From Pirellulales bacterium (GTDB lineage: Bacteria > Planctomycetota > Planctomycetia > Pirellulales > JAICIG01), in assembly GCA_035694685.1 (NCBI GenBank), contig DASSFG010000305.1, forward strand, positions 1-50,198: a stretch of DNA of 50,198 bases, written 5' to 3'. Positions 34,440-42,364 of this stretch are shown one piece after another. How positions within the stretch are numbered: position 1 is the stretch's first letter; each line of letters starts with the position of its first letter. Under the pieces are notes generated by a model. It saw nothing but the letters and a program-made list of their open reading frames with translations. It did no database searches and had not been told where the DNA came from. The position numbers were made by a program, and so were the translations under genes.

Positions 34440-34592
34440 ACTTTGTCTCGTTCCTCAAAGACCGATCAGTTTACCCAGCTCGTACCACTGCCACGCCAGT
34501 GTAACTCGGCCGTGAGAAGATTTCACCGCCTGCGACCGGCAAATGCCGATATAGATTGCGCCTCTTTTCTCGGCGAAGACGGACCCCCCCTG

Positions 34593-36698
34593 ATGCTGGC
34601 GCTGCGCCGCTATCGAAAAACGCTGCTGGCAAGCGGGCTTATTGACCCCGCCGAGCTCCGCGCGTTCGAGATGTCGTTCCCACGTGGTCAACGGCCGACG
34701 ACGGCCGAGGGAATGGCGGAGGCCCTCATCCGGGTAGAAAAACTTACGCCTTTTCAGGCTGCGGAAATCGCCGCCGGCCGGGCGGCTGGCTTGGTGCTCG
34801 GCAATTACGTGCTGCTCGACCGAATCGGCGCGGGAGGCATGGGGCAAGTCTTCAAGGCCTGGCACCGGCGCATGCAGCGCACGGTGGCGATCAAGATGTT
34901 GCCCGACCAGGCCGCGGCGGGCGAAGCTTCCATCGCCCGCTTTCGCCGCGAAATCCTCTCGGCCGCGCAACTCTTGCACCCGAACATCGTGGCCGCTTAC
35001 GACGCCGACGTGGCGGCCGGCGTGCATTACCTGGTCATGGAATACGTCGCCGGGCAAAACCTGGCCGAACGACTACGCGAGCGCGGGCCATTGCCCGTGG
35101 CGCAAGCCGTCAAGTATGTTCTCGACGCGGCCCGCGGGCTGGCCTATGCCCATGCTCGCGGACTGATCCATCGCGACGTAAAGCCGTCGAACCTGATCGT
35201 CGACGAGACCGACGTGGTCAAGCTGCTTGATCTCGGCCTGGCACGTCCGGCTGCGGCGATTGCCGAAGCGGAGCTGACTTCGCCGGGCGACGTCGTGGGC
35301 ACGCTGGAGTACATGGCGCCCGAGCAAGCGACCGGGGCGGAGTCGGTCGACGGCCGCGCCGACGTTTACGGTCTGGGCTGCACGCTCTATCGACTCGTGA
35401 CCGGTCAGCTTCCTTACCGTGGCGGCTCACCGCAAGCCCTCATTGCCGCGCATCGCGATCAGAAGATGCCGTCGCTCTGTGCCGCCCGCGAGGACGTGCC
35501 GCGACCGCTGGACGCGATCTTCAAGCGTATGGTTGCCAAAAAGCCCGACGATCGCCAGCAGACGATGGATGAAGTCGTCGCCGCACTGGAAAAGCTGCGT
35601 TTGAACGGCCGCCCCAAAGCGTCTCGGACCAGCGACGCGGTCAGCCGGCGACCGGCGGCTTCGTCGCTTGTTGATGAACCATCGAGCGGCGACGATCTCG
35701 AGCTTGCGCCGACCGCCGCTGGGCCGCATGTTAACCAAGGCGAACTGGGGAGTCCTCGGGCCAGTGCTATGGCGGGGTCGGAAGAGGCACGCCAAACGTC
35801 GGAGCCGCCGTCACCGGTGGCGAGCCTGCCGCCAACTCGAGCGACTGTATCACCGCTGTTTGCCTTGCTCACGCTCGCCGCCGCCCTGGCGGGCTTGACG
35901 TCGCTGTCATGGTTCGAGTCCGGCGGTGCAAAGCCTTCGCGGCCTCGAGCGCCGCACGAGCCGGCATCAGCGTATCAAGCGGCCGTCGAAAGGCAACGCG
36001 CCTGGTCGCAGGCGCTGGGTGTGCCTGTCACGATGACGAACTCCCTCGGCATGCGATTCGCGCTGGTTCCTCCCGATGGCTCGCCGCAAGAAGCTTCAGC
36101 GGCGACGATCAACCCGCCTTTCTATTTTGGCGCCTTTGAGGTCACGGTGGCTCAGTACCGTCAATTCCTCATCTCGACGGGGCGTTCAGCCCGTGCGGCG
36201 CCGGCGGCCGGCGTGATGGCTCAGGGCGATCGACATCCGGCGACCGACCTCACGCCGACCGAAGCCGAAGCATTCTGCGCGTGGCTTGGCAGCCGCGAGG
36301 GAGCCGTCTATCGGTTGCCCAGCGAGCTGGAGTTCGCACGGGCCAGCGGGGCCGGCACCGTCGGCCAACAGTGGTTCGACAATTTCGCCGTCGACGCCCA
36401 TCGTTTTGCCTGGTATGAGGCGACCTCAGCAGGCCGGACGCATCAGGTCGGCCTGCTCGAAGCGAACCCGCTCGGCTTGCACGACATCCTGGGCAATGCC
36501 GCCGAATGGTGCCGTGCGAGCAGAGCACCGCTCAACGGTGCCGCAATCCCAGGCGAATCCGCCTATGTCTTGTGCGGCGGATCGTGGGCCTCGCCCCTCA
36601 ACGAACTGGGCGCCACACGGAGTGTCTCTCCAGCCGCCGCGACCGGCGGGCTGCGCCTCGTGCTGGAACTGCCCCTGGAAGCCCGCTGGCCGAGATAA
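34593..36698 (+). CDS. Ser/Thr protein kinase fused to a C-terminal formylglycine-generating-enzyme (FGE/SUMF1)-like domain
   Basis: The kinase motifs are GAGGMGQVFKA, VAIKML, HRDVKPSNLIV, DLGLAR and GTLEYMAPEQ. One TM segment follows, then the FGE-like blocks FEVTVAQYRQF, AEAFCAWL, YRLPSELEFARA and HDILGNAAEWC. Confidence 0.88.
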   Translation: MLALRRYRKTLLASGLIDPAELRAFEMSFPRGQRPTTAEGMAEALIRVEKLTPFQAAEIAAGRAAGLVLGNYVLLDRIGAGGMGQVFKAWHRRMQRTVAIKMLPDQAAAGEASIARFRREILSAAQLLHPNIVAAYDADVAAGVHYLVMEYVAGQNLAERLRERGPLPVAQAVKYVLDAARGLAYAHARGLIHRDVKPSNLIVDETDVVKLLDLGLARPAAAIAEAELTSPGDVVGTLEYMAPEQATGAESVDGRADVYGLGCTLYRLVTGQLPYRGGSPQALIAAHRDQKMPSLCAAREDVPRPLDAIFKRMVAKKPDDRQQTMDEVVAALEKLRLNGRPKASRTSDAVSRRPAASSLVDEPSSGDDLELAPTAAGPHVNQGELGSPRASAMAGSEEARQTSEPPSPVASLPPTRATVSPLFALLTLAAALAGLTSLSWFESGGAKPSRPRAPHEPASAYQAAVERQRAWSQALGVPVTMTNSLGMRFALVPPDGSPQEASAATINPPFYFGAFEVTVAQYRQFLISTGRSARAAPAAGVMAQGDRHPATDLTPTEAEAFCAWLGSREGAVYRLPSELEFARASGAGTVGQQWFDNFAVDAHRFAWYEATSAGRTHQVGLLEANPLGLHDILGNAAEWCRASRAPLNGAAIPGESAYVLCGGSWASPLNELGATRSVSPAAATGGLRLVLELPLEARWPR

Positions 36699-36751
36699 AC
36701 CGGTTGGGTAGTGTCTTAACACTGAGTTGTCCGGCAGAGGCGGCAATATCC

Positions 36752-36830
36752 GTAGGGTGGGACGAGCGAAGCGAGTCCCACCAAACAGCCAGCCGAACAG
36801 GTGGGACTCGCTTCGCTCGTCCCACCCTAC
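36752..36830. repeat. Palindromic repeat family A copy
   Basis: GTAGGGTGGGACGAGCGAAGCGAGTCCCACC (36752-36782) is the exact reverse complement of 36800-36830, with a 17-nt loop. Confidence 0.95.
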
Positions 36831-36939
36831 ACGTCCAGCAACACCTTGTTAAGCCACTACCAGCGGTTGCGGCGCGTGGCAGAAGCGATATACTACGGGC
36901 TTACCAAATTTCGACAAGGCGAACGTGAGGGAGTGCTCG

Positions 36940-37278
36940 ATGGCCAAGGCCTGCGAGGTTTGCGGCAAGTCGCCGCAGGTAGGCAATTCAATCACCACGC
37001 GCGGTAAGGCCAAGTACCTGGGCGGCGTGGGCACCAAGATTACCGGCATCACGCGGCGGAAATTCAAGCCCAACTTGCAACGCGTACGCGTGACCGTGCG
37101 CGGCTCGAACAAGAGCATGCGCGTCTGTACGCAGTGCCTGCGAAGCGGCGCCGTGACAAAGTTGGTGCGCGCCGCGCCGTTCAAACTGCCCGCCGACGCC
37201 AAGGCGCTCAGCAAAACGGAGAAAAAAACGGCCGCCAAGCCGGCGGCTAAGCCCAAGAAAACGGCCGCCAAACCATGA
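36940..37278 (+). CDS. rpmB: 50S ribosomal protein L28 with an internal insertion and a Lys/Ala/Pro-rich C-terminal tail
   Basis: MAKACEVCGKSPQVGNSI...RRKFKPNLQRVRV is the L28 core. The tail is KALSKTEKKTAAKPAAKPKKTAAKP. Confidence 0.88.
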   Translation: MAKACEVCGKSPQVGNSITTRGKAKYLGGVGTKITGITRRKFKPNLQRVRVTVRGSNKSMRVCTQCLRSGAVTKLVRAAPFKLPADAKALSKTEKKTAAKPAAKPKKTAAKP

Positions 37279-37565
37279 GCCTCGCACGCGCCGACGTCGA
37301 ACGGGTGTCGTTGCTGGCCCGCCTGCAACTGACCGAGGACGAGTTGACCGCCATGACCGAGCAACTCGGGCAAGTGGTTGGCTACATGGACCTGCTCTCC
37401 GAGCTCGACACGGAAGACGTCGAACCAATGGCCCATGCCGTCGAACTCTCCAACGTCTTCCGCCCCGACGAGCTGCGGGCCAGTTACGACCGGCTGGAAA
37501 TGCTGGCCCGCGCGCCACACGCCGATGGCGAGTTTTACCTCGTCCCGGCCGTGTTGGGCGAGTGA
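37275..37565 (+). CDS. gatC: Asp/Glu-tRNA amidotransferase subunit C
   Basis: 96 aa. VERVSLLARLQLTEDELTAMTEQLGQVVGYMDLLSELDTEDVEPMAH is the GatC pattern. Its ATG overlaps the rpmB stop (ATGA). Confidence 0.9.
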   Translation: MSLARADVERVSLLARLQLTEDELTAMTEQLGQVVGYMDLLSELDTEDVEPMAHAVELSNVFRPDELRASYDRLEMLARAPHADGEFYLVPAVLGE

Positions 37566-37749
37566 CCGTTCTGTTAACTGTTCGCGCAGTGGCGATATCA
37601 GCAATCGCGAGCCTGGTTATTCCGCGGCCCGTAGCCGACTTCCCGCGAGGTCTCGATTCCATAGCACCCGATGACGACGCGAACACCGGTAATTCGTCAA
37701 ATCTCCTGGCTCGCAACATTGCCACAACTATTGGCAATCGTGACCGCCA

Positions 37750-38175
37750 TTGCCGTCGCGAGATACTTTTCTTGGCAATCGAGGTGTGACCGTAGGTGCA
37801 GGCGTTTACCTGGGTTACTCAATCGGTTCGCGAATCGTGATACCGCGCCACCATCGACGAGGAGTCGCACTCGTCAAACAACAACGGTTCGCAGACGCGA
37901 TTCCTTTATTCAGACAGAGCCTGGATTTTTTTGACCGCCATTCCTGGATTGACCGATTCCGTTGCATTGTCCTCATGTCTCCGTCGGCTGTCGGTTATCG
38001 TGAAATGGCTCTGGCCAACATCGGATTCTGCTATTCGCAAATCGGTGACGGAGAGAACGCACGGCACTTTTACACCGAATGCCTTCGCCGATTCCCAGAA
38101 AGCGGGCTGGCTACGGCCGCATTACGCATGCTCGATTCTGGCAAGTCCGATAAACAGACAACTGCGGCTGTTTGA
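37750..38175 (+). CDS. Hypothetical TPR-like protein, possibly frameshifted at its 5' end
   Basis: LVKQQRFADAIPLFRQSL...ALANIGFCYSQIGDGENARHFYTECLRRFPES looks like TPR helices. The overlapping ORF 37671..37934, in another frame, encodes a TM-like segment (ISWLATLPQLLAIVTAIAVARYF). That segment would join near 37780-37790. Confidence 0.45.
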   Translation: MPSRDTFLGNRGVTVGAGVYLGYSIGSRIVIPRHHRRGVALVKQQRFADAIPLFRQSLDFFDRHSWIDRFRCIVLMSPSAVGYREMALANIGFCYSQIGDGENARHFYTECLRRFPESGLATAALRMLDSGKSDKQTTAAV

Positions 38176-38292
38176 TACCTGATCCGGCAGGGGAATACTA
38201 GTCCGCTTCGAGGGCAGTGCTTCGCTTTGCCATTCAGACTGCTCGGCTACTTTCATGCATTCCTTGTGGCGGTGCGATCGGCCGCCGCAGAT

Positions 38293-39000
38293 TCAGCCGA
38301 GGTAGGCTCGTCGAGCGGCTTCGTGGTAAGTGTACTCAAGGTCGATAGGAATGCGCTCGCTCGCCCCGAGGGCCAAGGGAACGACGGGCAATGGCTGACC
38401 TGCCTTAAGGGGCCGGCGCCAGAGGGCAATCACCGTCCCTTCGGGCACTGGCTCTCCAACACGGTAACTCACCGCGCAGGGGGTAGGACATGGCGGTTGG
38501 CTGAGGCCGAGATTGACGGCCAGCGCATCGACGAACGAGAAGCCCACCGGACGCGGCAAGACGTCAACCAACAGCAGATGCACCCCCTGACGCAGGTAAC
38601 CTGAATAGCGTCCCAGGTAGCGCTCCCGCGCCGCGGGGCGGTCCTTATTGCGCGGCGACACGATCTCCACTGCGGCGACGAGCGCGCCGTGTAGATCGAC
38701 GTGCAGGGCGCGTTGCGGATCGAGCGTGAACGTGGCGACCGTTTCTTCGTCGGGCTCGCTGCCGAAGTCGGGCGTAGTAGCGGGCGACGGCTGGGGCACC
38801 TGCTGGGCGCCCGTCGGCCAATTGCGCACGCTCATGTCGGGCCGGCCATTGGGCACATCGACGGTGAGCGCCGGCACCGAACCCAGGTACGCACGATATC
38901 CCTCGGGCAGCCGCGGCTGAACCCAGTCGAGAAGTTGGGCCAGCCAAATGAGGTGGACGCTGTCCCAGCCTCGGTCGTCCTTCCAGTCGTGAAGCGGCAT
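38293..39000 (-). CDS. DUF4058-family protein (Uma2/PD-(D/E)xK-like nuclease fold)
   Basis: 235 aa. The layout MPLHDW...HLIWLAQLLDWVQPRLPEGYRAYLG...AVEIVSPRNK is typical of DUF4058. Confidence 0.65.
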   Translation of the reverse strand: MPLHDWKDDRGWDSVHLIWLAQLLDWVQPRLPEGYRAYLGSVPALTVDVPNGRPDMSVRNWPTGAQQVPQPSPATTPDFGSEPDEETVATFTLDPQRALHVDLHGALVAAVEIVSPRNKDRPAARERYLGRYSGYLRQGVHLLLVDVLPRPVGFSFVDALAVNLGLSQPPCPTPCAVSYRVGEPVPEGTVIALWRRPLKAGQPLPVVPLALGASERIPIDLEYTYHEAARRAYLG

Positions 39001-39078
39001 GGCGCTACCTTGATGGAGACTGTATCAACGTAAATTTACCCGCGATTCGCGCCCGCGTAGAACAGCCTTCGGGCCACA

Positions 39079-40515
39079 TTATTTTTTCTCCGCGAACGCG
39101 TAGAGGCGCTCCGCAGTCCGAATGTACAGGCAATCATCGGCGATGGCGGGCGTGGCGGCGACGCGCTCGCCTAACTCGGGGTTTTTGGCGATGACCTTGG
39201 CTTTCTTAGCACCGGCTTGCAAAACCGTCACGACGCCGCTCGCCAGCGAGGTAACGTAAATGTGCCCGTTCGCCGCGACCGGTGAGGCGTAGTAATAACC
39301 CGTTTCGCCAGTTCGTTCGCGGTACACCTGGTCGCCGGTTTTTGGGTCGCAGGCGATGACGATGCCGCCGTCCTTGATCAACACGCACTGCCCGCCGTAA
39401 AGAATCACCGAGGCGATGTAGGGAAGCCCTTTGGTCTTCTTCCAAAGTATGTTCGAATCGGTCACGTCGCCCGAGCCGCCGGCCTTCATCGCGAAGGCAC
39501 TGTTCTTCCCTTCCGACATGAATTTCATGATCATTTCATACTCGTCTCGCGTGATTCGTCCGTCTTTGTTGGTATCCTGGTTATCGAAGAAGCCGTGCAG
39601 CGCTTTCTCGCCTTCGTCTCGCGAGATGGCCCCGTCTTTGTCTTTGTCGAGGTTGGTCAGCATGGAATCGAACGTGGGCATCGCCATCGGCTTTTCGTCG
39701 GCGCCGGAAGACGACGTGCCGGCGAAAAACAGCTTGCCATCGGCTATTACAGGCGAGGCGCAGCACCCTGAAGGCATACCGGTCACCGACCACTTTTCGT
39801 CGCCTGAACCTAGATCGTAGCCGATCATGCGAACATGCCCGGCAGCCGCGATCTGTGTGCCGGACGGAGTGTCCCAAATAACGGGGGTACACCAGGAGGC
39901 CATTGAGTTGCGCTTCCGCTCCCATTTGAGCTTGCCGCTGGCGATGTCGAGGGCCACGATTTTCGATTCCTTGATGTCGTCTCGGACCAGCACCGCGAGG
40001 TTGTCGGCGATGATGGGCGAGGCGCCGCTGCCGAACCCGCCGGCCGTGGCCGCCGCAGGCATTTCGTAATGCCACAGCTCTTTGCCGTTAAGATCATAGC
40101 AAAACAAGCCGCAGGAGCCGACATAGGAGACAATGTGCTTGCCGTCGGTGGCCGACGTAGACGCGGCCGGGCTGCCTTCAACTTTGTGGAAGGGCTCAAT
40201 CGCTTGAGCGGGGGCCTCGGTCCGCCACGCTTCTTGGCCGTCGGCGCGGCGGTAGGCAATCGTAAACAGCTTGCCGCCGTCAAAGGCCGTAACGATCAGG
40301 TTCTCGCCGGCCACGATCGGCGATGAGATGCCTGGCGGTACGCTCACTTTCCACTTGACGTTCTTATCGGGGCCGATCTCGACGGGCGGCTTTTGGCCCT
40401 CGGCGATGCCCGATCCGTCGGGACCGCGGAACCGCGGCCAAACAAGCGGCTCTTCGGCAGAACACGCCGCCCGAATGCAGCTCGTCGCCAAAACCAACGC
40501 GAACAAGATCTTCAT
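39079..40515 (-). CDS. Secreted PQQ-like beta-propeller protein with an inserted EF-hand pair
   Basis: 478 aa with a signal peptide. VWPRFRGPDGSG is paralogous to the gene at 10173..11432. Two canonical 12-residue Ca-binding loops, DKDKDGAISRDE and DTNKDGRITRDE, are encoded at 39541-39648. Confidence 0.8.
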   Translation of the reverse strand: MKILFALVLATSCIRAACSAEEPLVWPRFRGPDGSGIAEGQKPPVEIGPDKNVKWKVSVPPGISSPIVAGENLIVTAFDGGKLFTIAYRRADGQEAWRTEAPAQAIEPFHKVEGSPAASTSATDGKHIVSYVGSCGLFCYDLNGKELWHYEMPAAATAGGFGSGASPIIADNLAVLVRDDIKESKIVALDIASGKLKWERKRNSMASWCTPVIWDTPSGTQIAAAGHVRMIGYDLGSGDEKWSVTGMPSGCCASPVIADGKLFFAGTSSSGADEKPMAMPTFDSMLTNLDKDKDGAISRDEGEKALHGFFDNQDTNKDGRITRDEYEMIMKFMSEGKNSAFAMKAGGSGDVTDSNILWKKTKGLPYIASVILYGGQCVLIKDGGIVIACDPKTGDQVYRERTGETGYYYASPVAANGHIYVTSLASGVVTVLQAGAKKAKVIAKNPELGERVAATPAIADDCLYIRTAERLYAFAEKK

Positions 40516-40665
40516 ATTGCGCCTCCTTCAGCAAGGGTGGAGAGCGTCAATCATAGCGGCGCACGTTCGGGCTTGCCAGGATGTGTCGAGGTGGGCTCGC
40601 GGCATCCGTCGTGAAGCTTTGAACGAGCTTGTAAATTTCACTCGCGTTTTTTACAACCTGAGTTA

Positions 40666-42207
40666 ATGCCAAACCTTACCGAACTGACCGCCACCGAGTT
40701 GCTGGCTGAATTGACAGCCGGACGCGTGACCTCCACCGAGGCCACCCAAGCCTTCGTCGACCGCATCACCGCGCACGACGGCAAGGTGGGCGCCTTTCTC
40801 CGCTTTCAGGCCCTGCCGGCCCTGGAGCAGGCCCGGCGCATCGACCAGCGACGCGCGGCGGGCGAACCGCTCGGCAAGCTGGCTGGGTTGCCGGTGGCCG
40901 TCAAAGATTTGCTCTGCATGCGCGGTGAAAAGACCACCTGCGCTTCCGGCATCCTGGAAAACTTCGTCGCCCCCTACGACGCCACGGCCGTGGCCAAGCT
41001 CAAGGCCGCCGACGCGGTGCTGATCGGCCGCACCAATCTCGACGAATTCGCCATGGGTGGCTCGACCGAGAACTCGGCCTTCCAGAAAACACGCAACCCC
41101 TGGGATCTGGAGCGCACGCCCGGCGGATCGAGCGGCGGAGCGGCGGCCTGCGTCGCCGCCTCGATGGCGCCCCTTTCCATCGGCACCGACACGGGCGGCT
41201 CCATCCGCCAGCCCGCTGGCCTTTGTGGTGTGACCGGTTTGAAGCCCACTTACGGCCGCGTCAGCCGTTTTGGACTGGTGGCTTTTGCCAGCAGCCTCGA
41301 CCAGATCGGCCCATTGGCCCGCACCGCTCAAGACGCCGCACTGCTGCTCGAAGTGATCGCCGGACACGATCCCTACGACTCAACTTCGGTCGAGCGGCCC
41401 GTGCCGGCCTATAGCCAGATGGTAACGCAGCCGCTCCAGGGCCTGACGCTCGGGCTGGTGCGCGAGCATTTTGGCGAGGGGCTTGAGGCGGAGGTCGAAG
41501 CGGCAGTACGCGAGGCGGTCAAGGTCTATCAGTCACTCGGGGCCAAGGTCAAGGAGATTTCGCTGCCGCACAGCAAGTACGGCGTGGCCGCCTACTACAT
41601 CATCGCGCCCAGCGAGGCGTCGAGCAATTTGGCCCGCTACGACGGCGTTCACTACGGTTACCGCACCGACGAGATGGCGATGCAGACGGCCATGGCCGCC
41701 GAGCGAGCGCAGTTCGAGGCGGCGGGCGACCGCCGCGCGATCGATAACATGGATACGCCGCTCGTGCGGCTTTATCGCCGCAGTCGTGCCGAAGGCTTTG
41801 GCGCAGAAGTGAAGCGGCGCATTATTCTGGGCACTTATGCCCTTAGTGCGGGCTATGCCGACAAATTCTATCTCAAGGCGCTGAAGGTGCGCCGTTTGAT
41901 CCGCCAGGATTTCGACAAGGCGTTTCAAGAAGTGGATCTGATCGTTGGCCCCGTGACGACTAGCCCCGCATTCAAGATCGGCGAGAAGGTCAATGATCCG
42001 TTGTCGATGTACCTGGTCGATCTGTACACGGTGAGCGCGAACTTGGCGGGCATCGGCGGTATTGCCTTCCCCTGTGGATTCAGCGCCGGTGGGCTGCCCA
42101 TCGGACTGCAATTGCAGGCGCCGCCCTTCGAAGAAGAACGCCTGCTGCGGGCCTGCCACATGTATCAACAAGCCACCGATTGGCACCAGAGATGCCCCGC
42201 GCTTTGA
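40666..42207 (+). CDS. gatA: Glutamyl/aspartyl-tRNA amidotransferase subunit A
   Basis: 513 aa. It has the amidase signature GGSSGGSAAAVA-type block (PGGSSGGAAACVA), LAGLPVAVKDLLC and TNLDEFAMGGSTENS. Confidence 0.95.
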   Translation: MPNLTELTATELLAELTAGRVTSTEATQAFVDRITAHDGKVGAFLRFQALPALEQARRIDQRRAAGEPLGKLAGLPVAVKDLLCMRGEKTTCASGILENFVAPYDATAVAKLKAADAVLIGRTNLDEFAMGGSTENSAFQKTRNPWDLERTPGGSSGGAAACVAASMAPLSIGTDTGGSIRQPAGLCGVTGLKPTYGRVSRFGLVAFASSLDQIGPLARTAQDAALLLEVIAGHDPYDSTSVERPVPAYSQMVTQPLQGLTLGLVREHFGEGLEAEVEAAVREAVKVYQSLGAKVKEISLPHSKYGVAAYYIIAPSEASSNLARYDGVHYGYRTDEMAMQTAMAAERAQFEAAGDRRAIDNMDTPLVRLYRRSRAEGFGAEVKRRIILGTYALSAGYADKFYLKALKVRRLIRQDFDKAFQEVDLIVGPVTTSPAFKIGEKVNDPLSMYLVDLYTVSANLAGIGGIAFPCGFSAGGLPIGLQLQAPPFEEERLLRACHMYQQATDWHQRCPAL

Positions 42208-42225
42208 CGAGAGCCGAACAGGCGA

Positions 42226-42353
42226 GAATGACGAAGCACGAATGACGGAATGATGAATGAATGACTAAATCCGAAGCACGAAGCACGAAACCGGCCATTT
42301 GTCATTCGTGCTTCGTCATTCTTTCGTCATTCGTCATTCCGTCATTCGTCATT
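42226..42353. repeat. Palindromic repeat family B (GAATGACGAA / TTCGTCATTC units) in the gatA-gatB spacer
   Basis: The left half GAATGACGAAGCACGAATGACGGAATGATGAATGAATGAC is mirrored by GTCATTCGTGCTTCGTCATTCTTTCGTCATTCGTCATTCCGTCATTCGTCATT. A related copy lies inside 11580-11715. Confidence 0.9.
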
Positions 42354-42364
42354 GCTCCGAATGG

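Noticed and set aside
36849-37737. 251-aa and 249-aa minus-strand ORFs
   Set aside because: They are antisense to rpmB and gatC, both of which are recognisable and ATGA-coupled.
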